Under the pieces are notes generated by a model. It was not told the DNA's origin, did not search any database, and saw only the letters and a list, made by a program, of their open reading frames with translations. Shown here in pieces: positions 27,025-41,553 of a stretch of DNA of 64,000 bases. Source of the DNA: the human T2T-CHM13v2.0 reference genome, Homo sapiens. Position numbers and translations under genes: made by a program. Numbering within the stretch: position 1 is the first letter of the stretch; each line of letters begins with the position of its first letter. The stretch lies in the NCBI RefSeq assembly GCF_009914755.1, contig NC_060933.1, one strand, 5' to 3'.

Positions 27025-27225
27025 AAAGGGAGGCATAGAATAGTGGAATCAGAACGATTTAGGTTCAAATTATTGGCTCTCCTTCTTACAGACTAGAGTA
27101 ACTCCTTTGAGTCTTTATCTCCTGCTCTTTAAAATGGAGTTAATTATCTATCTGAATCCACTATGCATGCCTCATGATAAAATATCAGTGAATTCTATGT
27201 ACCTGTAGCTATATCAACACCTTGT
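27025..27225 (+). mobile_element. MIR SINE
   Basis: ggaatcagaacgatttaggttcaaattattggctct...ctttaaaatggagttaatt. Confidence 0.6.
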
Positions 27226-27268
27226 ATTTAAAATGAATTATTTCTGCCAAAAGAAAATGACAGGAAAC

Positions 27269-27653
<385 letters not shown>

Positions 27654-29955
27654 TTAAACATTGGATAAAAAGTTTATATTCTAAGTATAACAAAAGTGCA
27701 TGCAGTCTTTAAAATACTAACTTTAACAACATTTTTATAAAACATTGTTCTTTTCATGTTCCATCCTGAGCTGATTTTTTGTTAATTACTACCCATCCCT
27801 ACTGTATGCTGGAAAAACTTACATCGCAGGGAAGTCAAGCCCATCTGTACTTCCCAATAGCAAAACTTCAATATGGGATCAGAACATCTACCATCAAGTT
27901 TGGTGCCTTTTTAGAAAGAAGTAAAGTAGACTATTGGTATTATTGATTTAATATTCATAGCTTTTATTTCAGGAGTGAACCCCAAATTCCAAGATATACA
28001 GTTTGTCATTTTGCTGAAACATGCATTATTATAATTATAAGCACTTCAAGGCTGGTTGAAGCATGAATCACTGAGTTTGTGACAGAGGGACTAAAAGATT
28101 CATCTGAACACAGTTTTATTGTTCTCTTCTTTATCATTTATCCATTGTATACAGAAAATCATATGCTAAGTAGGTACTTATGAATCTGAGGACTGACAAG
28201 TTCCCTGGATGAATCATTCACAAATGGTGAGAGTTTACATCAGAAAGTTAAGAGTATTTGAAATTCCTTGTCTCAAACAGGTCAGCCCAATGCATTACAC
28301 TTCTTTAATGCCCTCTTTAGATATAGAGTGTAATCATTTACGGTAGGAAAAAATGTAAGCCTCGGATAAGAATGAGAAAGCTGTACTTGACAGTGCGATG
28401 TGTCCAGATGCTCTTGAATTGGGAGTTGAAGAACAGTTATTGTTATAATAGAATATGGAATATTTTTGACATAAAAGATTTGTTTTTTCTTAATAAAGTC
28501 TCTGAATACTCTGTGAAAACAATGAAATAGTAAATTCTCTAGCATCCATATTTCCTTTGGGATTGAAGCAGGAATAAAATAAGAATTGCCTTTCATTAAG
28601 TTTTCCTATTATGTCTTATGAAAATTAATTACCCCTTAAACAGACCTGATGCAAAACAGTTATACATTGTATGTTCCCTATTTCCCACATAGCATCTTTT
28701 CAAAAATTAATTGTAGCCAATAGTTCCAATTCAAAGAGGAATAATTAAAAGCAGTGTGGGGAAGTGAAGAGATAATTATGTCATTTTAAAATTAATTGAA
28801 GCATTTAAAATTAACAGGCCTTTCTTAGAGTTTAACTTCTGTTAACATTTAATAGTTTATATATATACAAGAGTATTCAATATTTATATTAAATTTGATT
28901 TTGAATGTTAGAGTGTGAGAAATAATAAATAGATAATTTCTCTTAATTCTTTAAAAAATCTTTCAATTGGTATAAAAAAATAAAATGTTTTAGATAAGGA
29001 TTTATTAATACTGAAAACAATAAATTTTAATGTATCTATGTGCCAACTTTTGTCTGTATATAGGATCTTATTAAGTTCAGAGACAATGTCCCATTGGTGT
29101 TCTCTAATTAAATTAGCCCACTGGAGGTACAATACCCCTCTAATGACGTTTAGAGTTATAATGACAAAATCCTAGAAAATAATGCTGTATCAAACACACA
29201 CACACGCAGGCACACACACACACCAACCATCAGAAATAATGACAAAACACTGGATCATGAGTTTTGTTCTATCATAAGACATAGTCAGAAGCTCACTGTG
29301 CATTTACCTCTCTCATCCCAGTAGAGAATCCCTCAGAGATGAATGTATATAGGCAATGAGTAGCATTCTCACATTGGCTTAAGTGAATTTAGGGATAAAA
29401 TACAGATCTCACTCAGTGTTTTAATGTAGTCAACATGGTTGATTCTTTTCCACTCAAAGGCCTCTTGCCTCAAGTTGCAGTGATATACTTCTGCCCTGTT
29501 CGAGCCCATCATACCCAAAATGGGTGGTGCAGAGTTACTGGAGGCCAAGTTGGGATTAATTTATTTAGAATGCTTTTGCCATAAAACTTTCTCTTCTCTA
29601 GAACAACCACTCTTAAGATTCCCGATTTATTGCAGTTTCTGAGAATTTCCCCTTCCTGAAAGAAAATAAAATATTAGATGGAAGTGGGTGTTAAATAAAA
29701 AATGACTAACTCACCTACCAGATAACACTGCAGCTAAAGACAAAGGGACAAATAAGTAGACCTTGGTAACTGCATCCCTGATCATAGTAACTATCAAGAA
29801 TGTCACTGGATTTGTTTCCACCTTTGTTCTTATTTCCTTTTCTGTTCCAGAATTTGTGCAGCTCCTGACCCAACAGTTCTAATTACCATCTCTGGGCCCA
29901 ATCTTCTTCCCTACACTGCATTTCACTTCCCTGTTTCTATACTATCAATGTGAAG

Positions 29956-30348
29956 TGCATTAGTCAGTTTTTGTTAGACCATGCTACAGTAACAATGAAA
30001 ATCATTCTCAATGGCTAACAAAAAGCAAGATGGTTTCCCACTCACATTTACATATTCATTGTTGGTTAGCAGTGTTCTGCTCCTCCTACAGTCCAGAATC
30101 AAGAGTGAAGGAAAAAAAAAAAGTCCCCATCTTATGCACCACTGTTCCCATGGCAGAGGGAAAAGAACAAGGCTATACCCAGATGATGGCTCTCAAAGCT
30201 TATTCCTACAAGTGGCAATATCAGGCCACATATATTTCAGTAGCCCCAACAAGCTACATGGCTAAAGTGAATGCTGATGAGATGGGGAACTATAATTCTC
30301 TCAATCAGAGGGGTAGATGGCTGTTGAGCAATGATGCAAATTACTACA
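29956..30348 (-). mobile_element. MaLR LTR (MLT1I/J-like)
   Basis: tgcattagtcag...ccatgctacagtaacaa...catggcagagggaaaaga...ggctctcaaagctt...caagctacatggctaa...ggggaactataattc. Confidence 0.7.
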
Positions 30349-30904
30349 GACTTGCCCATTATGCTCAACTCTCTGACCCATTTTTGGCCCCTAAGACTCC
30401 AATCACAGGCCTACAGGCCTTGGTAGGCTAATAAGGAAACAGATATCTTTATTATCAATATTATACCAGCACAATTTAAGAATAAAAACCTGAAGTTCAT
30501 GCATCCCTCTCTGCCATAGAAATATGCCTTCTTTGATCCATTTTTTTTCAATTCAGTCAGACTTAATATGTCAGATTTTTTACAGGAATCACAGGGTTTA
30601 ATTTATGGCACGTCATTTCATTTAAGCTGCACATGAGACTCATGGGCAGTTATGTCAGTTCTCATCTGTCTGTTATGATCATGTCTTTTCTTCCTTCACA
30701 TGCCTTTCATCCCCATGGAGCATATCCAAGTCCACAGATCCCTTTGAACTGATTTTCTGCTTTGGAAGCAACTCCCAAGAGTCACATGTCAAGACTAGAA
30801 AATTAAATTAAATTAAAATGAGTCCATTGCACATTATTCCTTATCCTTTCAACTTCAAATCTAGCAACTGAGCATCTACATATTGACACACTGTTATTTC
30901 CCTA

Positions 30905-31633
30905 ATATATAGTGTCTGTGTATATATATATGTTATATATATACATATATGTGTATAGTATATATACACATATATGTATATATACTATATACATATACAG
31001 TATATATACACATATATGTATAGTATATATATACACAGATATGTGTGTATATATACAAATATATATGTATGCATATATATACACACATATATGTATATAT
31101 GTGTATATATGTATATATACATATATACATACATATATACACACATATAGACACACACTATATATAGTATATATATACACTATATATAGTGTGTATATAT
31201 ATTATATATATACACACTATATATAGTGTGTATATATACTATATATACACACTATATATAGTGTGTATATATACTATATATACACACTATATATAGTGTG
31301 TATATATACTATATACACACTATATATAGTGTGTATATATATTATATATATACACACTATATATACGCATAGTGTATATATACACACTATATATACACTA
31401 TATATAGCATATATATACTATATATACGCATATATAGTGTGTATATATACACACTATATATACACATATATAGTATATATATACTATATATACGCATAGT
31501 GTATATATACACACTATATATACGCATATATAGTGTATATATACTATATATACACTATGCATATATATATACTATATATACGCATATATAGTGTATATAT
31601 ATACATATATAGTGTATATATATATACACATAT

Positions 31634-31691
<58 letters not shown>

Positions 31692-31712
31692 CTGTATATA
31701 GTATATATACCA
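30905..31712. repeat. ~800-bp complex (TA)/(CA)/(TG) microsatellite-minisatellite
   Basis: Seen directly; includes 35-bp palindromic units (31205-31341), a (TG)n run and a (TA)n run. Confidence 0.97.
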
Positions 31713-32111
31713 TGTGGATTTTAAGGGTAAGTTTCAGACGCTATAATTTTGAAATGTGTATCATTCAACCAAAATGGACAATGTTATTTTTCTAAGGCAT
31801 TTCAACTTTTCTGCTTGGTTTGCTCCTAAACAAAATGACTCATCTCAACAAGACCCTCTGCTTTTTTTTCAAAATCCTAGGTTATATCAAGTCAATGGTT
31901 TGAGAAAGGACTACAGAGCTTTTCCTCAAGTCTTATATTTTGAGATGACACCATGAGAGTGAAAGGCCAAAGAGATACAGTTTATTTGAACAGGGTGAAA
32001 AGAAATGGGCATGTGGAAAACATTTTTATCTCAATATTGTAATCCCATCCTGAGTTTTATTTTAAATACAGCTGTTGAAACTCCCACGCCTTCCTCTCCT
32101 TCCCTCCTTCT

Positions 32112-32220
32112 ATGATGTGATTGTTTATGTGTCTCCTCCCGCAAAATTCATATGTTGCAATTCTAACCCCTAAGGTGATGGTATTAGCACAGGGGTCCTT
32201 TGAGAAGTGATCTAGTCATC
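32112..32220 (+). mobile_element. MLT1A-type LTR 5' fragment
   Basis: caaaattcatatgttgcaattctaacccctaaggtgatggtattagcacaggggtcctttgagaagtgat. Confidence 0.75.
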
Positions 32221-32899
32221 CATTCTGAAATCTGAATAGTGATAAACAGACCAAGTTACATATTCTTTACATAAAATAGATTTACTTGACTCCTCCCCTC
32301 TACTCAGAGCACAAGATGGAAAACATATTTAGGGAATTAAGGAGGAAAAACTTTCAACATCCACTCTAGAGTTCTATGTGTAGATCTTCCACTATCACCA
32401 GTAGGTACACTTGGTAAAAGACATTTCTTACGCTCTTCTTGTTTAAAACTTACACACAACAAAACATCTCTATTTGATGCTTTGGATAAACTTTGCATAG
32501 GAAGCTGCAAACACCTAAAGCAGCTTTTTGTTGTTGTTGTATCTGCTGTAAGTAAGTCCCTAGTACAACGCTGTCCCTGGCATGTGAAAACAGAGTAAAC
32601 CAGCTTGCAGTTCTGTATGTGCAATACACAGACCCAGAATAATATCATCTGTTTCATCTAGAATGTAACCTAACTCCACATTATCACTGCATTTCAAAGC
32701 AAGACTACACTGGATGAAGAAGACTTTCTGTTTATTAGAGTTTACCAAAGACTAAAAACTTTGCTGTAATAGTAGGTCATTGACTTTATATCTATATCCA
32801 TATATGGTGGCATAGTCCATAATTAACAGAGGAAGCTGAGACTTTTACAGTGCTAAAAGTTGTCATTATTTCTCTGAGGCCAAATAGCATACACTTGTG

Positions 32900-33300
32900 G
32901 CCCCAATTTCTCTAGCCTGTAGGTCCTTCTACTTAACACAAGCTACCGAGCTTTGCAATATTCCTTCCTCTTCATCCCAAGACCAACTCTAACCATCTCT
33001 TCCTTTATTTAACTACCCTCTTCCTACCCCTCAGCTCTCAGCTTAGATCACATTTCTTCCAGGAAATCTCCTGACCTATTGTCACTCCTGGGTTAAGCTG
33101 GCCTTTTATGTTCCCAGAGCGCTCTGCTCCCTTGTTTTAGTACTCATCACAGTATTTTCTAACTTGCTGTTCTATTTCTCTCAATGTCACCTTAGGGTGA
33201 GACGTTGTATATTTTGTCTGGCCTAATACCCAGAACCTAGCACATTCTTCTAAGCCCATGGTCTTAATTTAGTAACTGCTTACTGAGTGAATGAAGTGCT
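32900..33300 (+). mobile_element. L2 3' end
   Basis: cagctctcagcttagatcacatttcttccaggaaatctcctgacc...cccagaacctagcaca...tactgagtgaatgaa. Confidence 0.75.
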
Positions 33301-33699
33301 TATAATACCCACTTTAGTTCTACGGTTTTCTTTTCAAACAGCTCCTTCCTTAAAGGAGTATGGATACTTAATTAAATGGAAATTTATATTTCTGCATACA
33401 GTTACTTCTTATAATTATAATACACATTACATGAGCCACTCTTCCAGCAGTTACAAAACAGTAGTAAGCCAGGCAGAAAAATATAATTTCAGCAATTAAA
33501 AGAAGTAGAGTCTACTTTAGACTATGAATGATAATAATTTAGAAATTCTGTTCTGGCAATAATATATGTACTACTAATAATATTCAGACGGAGAGATATA
33601 GCTGAGTCGAGAGTGAGAAATGCACACTCCTGGTTCCGTCTAGGGGCTTGCACCCTGTGATAGTACTTCTCTTTCTGGGTATATGCATTGATTATTTGG

Positions 33700-34036
33700 C
33701 AACCTCTGCCTGACTCCCTCTCCCCCAGCCACCCACTCTCTGCAGTTACATTGCACCATGTAACTGCTTCTGGTCCATGAACTATGGACAAAAAAGACAT
33801 ACATAAACTCCAGAACTGGAGAAAGTAATTTCTAGAATAAAACCTCCAGCTTTTTCTTATTTAACCAGCCACCTCAGCCAGTGATGTTCCAGAGGAGGGA
33901 ATGCATATTAACCAGGGTCTTGAAACAAGGTCAATATGGAACAAACTCTCTGCCAGTGGCTATGGCCCAGGGATGTATGGCATGAGTTAGAAATGAGCTA
34001 ACATTGTAGAGCTGTAACCTACCCTACTCTAATAGA
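33700..34036 (+). mobile_element. MaLR LTR (MLT1I/J-like)
   Basis: gcaccatgtaactgcttctggtccatgaactatgg...gatgttccagag...ggcatgagttagaaatgagc...gtaacctaccctactctaata. Confidence 0.6.
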
Positions 34037-34389
34037 ATTCCTCTTTGTGCTCGTGTTTGAATAGGAGCATCCAATGAGTCTCTGGTTGTGAGAAGAGAGG
34101 AACACTGATCAGAGAGGAAATTCTCCCCAAAATGCCCACTTTGAACATGTAGCATGTGTCAGATACAGGTTTGACTTTGTCCTAGGATTACTTCTCTCAA
34201 AGCACTTGTTGTACTAAATGGCGTATATGTGTTTACTTCCAGTAGCCTCTTTGAATGATACCCACAGTAGTTCCCTTAAGAGTGTGCAAAAAGATAGCTT
34301 AGAAGTCCCAGGAGTAAAGACTTAATGACTGAAGGAATTACATTAAGGAAGATCTAAAACAACAAAATGTTAGCCCGATGCTCACTTGG

Positions 34390-34867
34390 TGAATTAGTTT
34401 CCTATTACTTCTATAACAAGTTACAAGATATTTAGGAAATTAAGTAACACAGATTTATTATCATTGGGCTAAAATCAAGGTGTTGAAATGGCTGCATTCA
34501 TTTCTGGAAGCTCTAGAAAGAAGATGACCCATTTGCTTGCTTCCATTCAAGCTTCTACAGATCCCTCATGTTCCTTGACTCATAGCCTCTTCCTCTGCCT
34601 TCAAAGCCAGCAATGCTGAGCCAAGTCATTTCATATTGCTGCCTCTCTGGTTCTATCTCTTCTGGTCCTTTCTTCTAATTTTAAGGGTCCCTGTGATTAT
34701 ATTGGGTCTACCCAGGTAATTCAGGATAGTATCCCTATTTTAAGGTCAGCCCTAACCTTAAACCAATCTGCAATATTAATTTCTCTTTGCCATGTAAAGT
34801 AACATATTCACAGAATCCAGGGATTAGGACATAACATCTATGAGGAGCCATGATTCTGCCTATCACC
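34390..34867 (-). mobile_element. MaLR LTR MLT1D-like
   Basis: tgaattagtttcctatt...gggctaaaatcaaggtgttg...cttcaaagccagcaa...ttttaaggtcagc...tttgccatgtaaagtaacatattcacag...attctgcctatcac. Confidence 0.88.
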
Positions 34868-35985
34868 TTGAGTTTAATCTATGATCTTACTGCAGGACAT
34901 GTACAACTTCTCAGTATCATATTTGAGGTAATACAGTAGCCATTATTTAATATAACTTTATTTAATATAGTCCACAAGCATTCCCTTTGAGATAGGTTAT
35001 TATAACCCTCATTGAAGGGATAAGAAACACACTGAAAACAGCCCTAGCCATGCCTACTTCTTCAGACCCCTAGAAGAGTAAATCATGAGAAGTTATACTA
35101 CTTTTAATTATTTGCACTGAATTAATAATTTTAGTCAAACAAATGTATGTGTATATATATAATCACATTTGGAGACAACACTAAAAATCCAAAAACTCAA
35201 GAGGTGACAATACTAGTCCTCCTCTACTAGATACAGCAGAAAGTATCAGTATTTTTCCATAAATCATTAAGATCCCTGTCCCCTAAATCTGACTTCCAGT
35301 TGCACTCAGGAAATTATCAAAAGATTGATAAAAGTACCTGTACAACATCATTCCTCAAGAGCACAAAGCAGAGGTAAAGAGCATATGCTGGATCCATTTT
35401 ATTTGTTTTAACTTTAATGGATAGGGGAAGAGGGTATTGAAAATGAACTGACCCAGTCTAAGGGCTAAGACTGTTTGTTCATTATACATCACAAGCTGCA
35501 GGATAAAAATGGTATAGATCTAGATATTATCTAAGGTAGGGATGGGTCAGCCTGCAGCTCCCTCCCCCATCAATATTCATAAACTCTTAGTATTACAGAG
35601 AACAAAGGCTTGAGTGTGCATTTTCACCTCAAAGTATGCACTTAGCAAATACTTACTAATGAGTATCAAGGTAGAAGTTTAGAAGAGGCACCAAAATATA
35701 TTTTTCAACAGGTAAGAAATTTTATGGTTCAGTTAAGAGTGGTTATTTATACATATGCCTACAAATACGGTTCTATGCATACAGAGCTACTGCCCAGGGG
35801 AAGGCACTGTGACAGTAACTACATTACTGGTACTGCCATGATATTACCACACTGCAAAAATAAAATTCAAGATAACAGCTTAGATATTAAGACCCAAAGG
35901 AAATGTACTGATGCTGCTAATGTGATGCTGGCTTTTTCTAGAATAGTATGGCTTCTCCTGCCTCCAGATACATTAGAAAGGGATT

Positions 35986-36090
35986 ATTTCAATATATCAC
36001 TTTTCTACCAGTTGTCTAACTTTTCCTATAAAAAGTGATACATTTCAATATGTCATTTTTCTATCAGTTGCCTAACTTTTCCTATAAAAA
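35986..36090. repeat. Tandem duplication, period 56 bp
   Basis: atttcaatatatcacttttctaccagttgtctaacttttcctataaaaa repeated at 36042 with 4 substitutions. Confidence 0.9.
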
Positions 36091-36792
36091 TAATCTCAAA
36101 AGGATACAGTCCTTCTCAGCCTAACAAGTAAAATTTCAGTAAGCCTATAATACAATCATAATGTTCCTCATTTATAAAACACTCTCTGCTGGCCTAAATA
36201 TGTGCATAATTACATGTGTAGTGACCAGGGCTGAAATTATTGTCTACATTTCTCAAAGGAGGGGAAGCTGGGTCTAACAGTGGCTAAGGACTGCTGAGCA
36301 GGTGAATGGCAGACCTGGAGCCATGTGGCTCCCAGCTTTTATTCCTGTGTTTATTTCAGAAAGCTTTCTTGTCTCTAAGAAGGCAATCTGTCTACAAATG
36401 ATGTTCAAATTAAATTTGCATTATTGTGGCTTCCATTTCTTTGTGCATTGGATAATGCAGAGGGATTCCTCTTGGGGACCAGGAGATTAGGCTGAAGACC
36501 TATAAAGTCCTTTTGAAACTCCAGGTGTTTATTAGTCATGCACATATGCATAATTGTGTCTTATCTGCACTCATACAAACTTGAATGCATTTCACAGACT
36601 CATTACTCACTGAATCTTAAAGTGAATTAAAAGTTCATGTAATGGTATGCTATCAAGACATGAAACTAGCTGTCAAATATTAAAGACAAAGTAATTCAGC
36701 AAATATGGATTAGAATGCATTGCAGTTTGGTGATCAGAAACACATGCTCCAGAGATATCTGGGGTTTAAATCAAGGTATCACTGCCTCCTAA

Positions 36793-37161
36793 CGTAGTAG
36801 TTCATTCTCACATTGGTATAAGAAAATACCCCAAACGGGGTAATTTATAAAGGAAGGAAGTTTAATTGACTAACAGTTCCACATGGCTGGGAAGGCCTAA
36901 GGAAACTTACAGTCATGGTGAAAGGGGAAGCAAACACGTCCTTCACAAGGTGGCAGGAGTGAGAATTGCAAGCAGGGGATATGCCAGATGCTTATATAAT
37001 GATCAGATCTTGTGAGAACTCACTGTCATGAGAACAGCATATAGGAAACCGCCCCTATGATCCAATTACCTCCACCTGGTCCTGCCCTTGACATGTGGGG
37101 ATTATGGGGATTATAATTCAAGGTGAGATTTGGGAGGTGACACAGAGCGAAAACTGTATCA
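36793..37161 (-). mobile_element. THE1 (THE1C/D-like) solo LTR, inserted in a MIR
   Basis: ggtaatttataaaggaa...cagttccacatggctggg...atcagatcttgtgagaactcact...ttcaaggtgagatttggg; 5-bp TSD cctaa/cctac. Confidence 0.93.
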
Positions 37162-37270
37162 CCTACCTATATGAACTAAGCCACAATTTCCTCTTTTGAA
37201 AAGAGAAAAAAAAATCTATGTCTTCCTTATAGGACAGTTATGAAGATTAAATAAAATCATCTATATAAAT

Positions 37271-37480
37271 TAATTGCTGTCAATTAAAATTCTCCCCATA
37301 GAAGTTGCATGTGGCAATGACAGGAGACATTTTTGGGTGTCACAACTTGAGGGGAGGTACTACTAGTACTAGAGGGTAGAGGCCAGGAATGCTGCTAAAT
37401 GTACTGCAATGTCCTAGAACCCATGAAAACAAAGAATCATCAGGTCCAAAATGCCAATAATGCCATGGCGGAGAAACTGT
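37271..37480 (+). mobile_element. MER20 (hAT-Charlie)
   Basis: ggcaatgacaggagacatttttgggtgtcacaact...gggtagaggccaggaatgctgctaaa...aacaaagaatcatcaggtccaaaatgccaataatgcc. Confidence 0.9.
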
Positions 37481-39529
37481 GATTTAAGCTAACTCTTCAT
37501 AAAATGCTCAAATTGTTACATATTATTAATATTAGTAAAACATAAGCACAATTTGAATGCTGAAGAAGACCACAGCTACATTAAACAATGGGTTATGATA
37601 CCCTCTTCTTGAATGCTAAGTTATAGAAATCTTTAGACAAATATAAGATAATATAAAAGTATGTGCAGCATTAAAACTGGTATTTTGAGAAAAATTGTGC
37701 TTGTGCTTTAATGTCTTTGTGATAGGGCTATTTGTAGATGAGCTTATACATTGAAAACAGAAAATCACTGATTGATAAATGGAATCTCCACAGAGTTGCA
37801 ATATAATTTTATGAGCGTTAATGGAAATGGGTAGGTAGTATCCCTTAGCCACAATATTTAAATATATAGATAAGAATAAAGTTACCTCTTTAAGTAGAAG
37901 TCCTTAACTTGTAATTTAGGCTATTTATTTATTTTAATATGAAACGGTGCCTTTGGTTTTGGGCAGTCAAAATTCAGGTGACAGTTTTTCTGACTAAAAC
38001 CAAAAATAAATACTGCTATATTCAGTTCTAGAACTTCAATACTGTCAGGTACCAAAAAGAACTGTTAGCTGCCAAAATTTGCAAATTCAGCCTTATATTC
38101 TTTGGCACAAACAATTAACAGAGCCACATGCTTGAGTTAGTAATAGAAAATTGCTTCCTAAACTTAAAAAAGAATGTCAATTATTAAATTGCAAACAGAA
38201 CTTTGAGTTATTTCAAAATGAATACAGAGCCAACATTACTATATATTAAGTAATATACATATACTATTTTAAAGTATAACTATCAATGAAGTTGTGAATG
38301 ATATAAACCCACCTTTAGGCTCCTGACCAAGTCCTGGAACCAAATATATACTCATGCATTTCCTTCAGAGATTGATAAACGGGTTCTTTAGTGGGTGCTC
38401 TTCCTTATCATTCCATGTTTTGCAAGATGGTTTTAAAAATACCTGATTGCCCTAGTGCAGACTATTTGAGATCCTCCAAGGATGTAAATAAGAAGCAGAT
38501 AATTGCAAACAGCAGCAATGCAAAGGAAGGGTGGAAGGCAGTCCTTAGGATAGGATTTAGAATATAGGTAAATGGATTTTTAAAAACAGCTACCCTAATA
38601 CAGTGCTAGAACCTGCTGTAATGAAAGAAGTGGCAGCAGAGTAATGCATTCGTAACCAGAAGCCATCTGTTTAGGTGTATTTTGCTTTTATCATCAATAT
38701 GTCTAGATCTTAGTCTTTATAAAATGCAGACACCCCACATTTACCCTTAAGCTGCATGAATGTTTAAAGATCAGGTAGGTTTTATAATATACCTAAATTA
38801 ATTGCATGTATGCTATTCATTTTTATACATTTTAGCTATTCAAATATTTTCTCTTACTAATGCAAGGTCAATGATTGATACACATGCCAAAGAAAATATA
38901 AGATAGGTGCCCCAGACATACACACACACACATACACACACACAAGCAATTCCTTTAAATTTTATCCCTTCATGAGAGTAAAACATTCAATGGGTTATTT
39001 TACCCTAGATGCCTGCAGCTGTGCCAGGCACTATCTGTCCCAAAAGCAATCTATTGAGTCTCCAGGTCCCAGACCGGTTAAGGCAATTCCAGTTTGCTCT
39101 CAGACTTTAGGGACAAATCTGTTTAGTTCCTCCCTTCCATCCCTGACTATTCTTGCCTAGGGCAATATTCAGGCTTTCTAGCTGGACTGGACAGTAGAGA
39201 TGTAGGCGGACACAGAGGTAAAACCTTCTCTTTTGGACCTTGATCAGAATGAAAGCAAGATAACTGGGAGGCAGGAATTCATAAGATGGTTATTTGGAGC
39301 TAGACCAAGGGTTGTGAAGCAGCCTGGCAATATTCCTGCTACATTTTTGGGGGCAAAAGTGGGCCAAATTACAGTTGCTTCAACGAATAGGAAGCGTAAT
39401 ATGAATAGGAATAATTCTGTGCCAGGATATTGGGAGAACACAATTTTGTTGTAATTATAAAAGGTTTCATTTCCACAGAGATTTTGTGCTTTGCTTCCAC
39501 TCTAATATTCTCTTGTTCCTGATCTTCTT

Positions 39530-40555
39530 TTCATAATACGTATCGAGCATCCTCTTCATAACAGGAACTATATTTCATGCTGACAATAAAAAGTGATATA
39601 ACAAAATAATGATTCCCTCTCTCATGAAGCTTACAGTGTAGCAGGAGAGACTAATATTAACCAATAACCTCACAAACAAGTATGTTACAAACTATGGTGG
39701 TTCTATGTGTTTTATGAGATGAAATCAGAGAGGACTTATCTGGACTGTCCCCAGAGAAGTAACATCTGAACTGAAGACTGAAGAATGGGTAAAATTTAAC
39801 TAGAGAAACAAGTGAGAAAGGAGAGTTATGAACAGATGAATTAACTTCTGCAAATGTCCTGAGACTAGAGGAAGGATAATGAATGGAAAGTAAATCACTG
39901 TGACTAAAGCCCAGGGAAAGACTGGAAGTAGGCAGTACTAAATTTTAGGTCACATAAAAGATTTTGGTCATTAACTTTTGAACATATGGGAAATTACTGA
40001 AGCGTTTTAAGGAGGAGAATAAAATAATCAGATTGACACCTAAATAAAATAGATGAAGACAGACCACTTAGAAGGGTATTGCAGTAATCCAGGAGGAAAT
40101 GATATTAGTCTGGCTAAACTGATGATAGTAGAAATACAGAGAAGATATAGATGGATTTAAGATATGTAGTAAAAATTATCTAATCACGTTTGGTGATGGG
40201 AGATGAAGGATGACATCTAAATTTTAGGCTGCACCTGTGTACCGATGTTGATTCTTGTCAGAGAAAATGCATAATCACTTTTTTTCTGTTATTTGGAAGG
40301 GTACAGAATTCAAGGGAAGTGACTCTGAGTTCTAGTTTAAATATGTAGATTTTGAGATACGTTTGAGCAGTCTAAGTAGATCTGTCAGGGATTATTTGGG
40401 TTTGGAAACAAGAAGTCTGAGACCCAGATAAAGTCTGTTAATTGTTATAGAGAAGAGAATTGAAGCCCTTGGAACAGATAGAATTTTCTAGAGAAAGTAT
40501 AGAAAAAACAAAGGAGTCTAGAACTGAGCCTTGAGAGAATCCAACATTCAAAAGC
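39530..40555 (-). mobile_element. L2 LINE, ~1 kb
   Basis: ccctctctcatgaagcttacagtgtagcagg...gggaaattactgaagcgttttaag...gaccacttagaagggtattgcagtaatccagg...gaactgagccttgagagaatccaacatt. Confidence 0.85.
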
Positions 40556-40569
40556 CACGTTACAACAAC

Positions 40570-40820
40570 AAAAGCAATTACTAGCTGTGTGTTTTAAGCC
40601 TTTATTACATGTTACTTATAATTTAGCCCTTGTTTTATATGAACGTATTTCTGTTCATAACAGCTTTATGAGATAAATATTATTTTTCCATACTGGGGCA
40701 ACTGGGGTGTAGGGAGGATAAGTGACCAGCCTCAGGTCACCTACAGGGATTAAGTGGTAGAACTCCGCCTTCCAGGCAGTCTGATTCGAGAGCCCATGCT
40801 CATAACTACTACCACCTGAC
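40570..40820 (-). mobile_element. MIR SINE
   Basis: cataacagctttatgagataaatattatt...ggtcacctacagggattaagtggtagaac...ccaggcagtctgattcgagagcccatgctcataactact. Confidence 0.8.
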
Positions 40821-40901
40821 AGGTACTTTAGGCAGATTGGCAAAGGGGCGTGAGCTAGACACATAAGGATCTAAACTCACATAAGCATTTGTCCTCTAGA
40901 T

Positions 40902-41242
40902 CTGCAGTGTTAAATGCCATAGCGATTAGCCACAGGCAACTTAAAATCATATGAAATATGGTTAGTCCAAACCGAGATATGCTGTAAGTGTAAAATATGT
41001 ATAAAATTCTTAAGACTTAACATGAAAAAAATATAAAATTTTTTACACTGATTAAATGTAAAAATATTAACATTTTTTACACTGATTGTTGAAAATATAT
41101 TTTGGATACATTGGATTACATAAAATATATTATTGAAATTAATTTCACCTATTTCTTTTAATTTTTTTAATGTTTTAAATTAATTGAAGTTGATTTAAAA
41201 TAGAAAATTTAGATATCGTATGCGGCCCGTTCAACATCCCTG
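40902..41242 (-). mobile_element. MER33 (hAT-Charlie)
   Basis: ggttagtccaaaccgagatatgctgtaagtgtaaaata...aaattaatttcacctatttc; 8-bp TSD ctctagat/ttctagat. Confidence 0.88.
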
Positions 41243-41553
41243 TTCTAGATATCTATCCCATTTGGTCTCTGGATTCTTAGCATTGGATAAACACTACCAA
41301 ACATTCTAATGTATCTTCTTCGACACAGGTATCACATTCAGGACTGAGCTCCAGCTTGTCCCTCAGGCTGTCAGGACCTGCCCTCTGTGGTGTTTCCATG
41401 GTAACCTTGCTTTAGGAAGAGAATGATGCTTTTAAAATCTGAGTCCTAAAGATTTCGCTTCTCTGGCTTTATGTTATTTAATACTGATTTTATGGTTATC
41501 TCTTTTGTTCTTCTCTAAGAGTGTCTAGGATTTCTGACTTCACAGATTCTGGT

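Noticed and set aside
29715-29733. Minus-strand 19-nt cassette with good polypyrimidine tract and GTAG|gtgagt donor
   Set aside because: Frame-shifting length and no supporting gene context.
30902-31724. Tyr/Ile-rich ORFs
   Set aside because: Translations of the TA/CA microsatellite.
32337-32748. Two overlapping minus-strand ORFs that look protein-like
   Set aside because: Could not be matched to any family, with no poly(A)/TSD. A TBLASTX search would be needed to exclude an old pseudogene.
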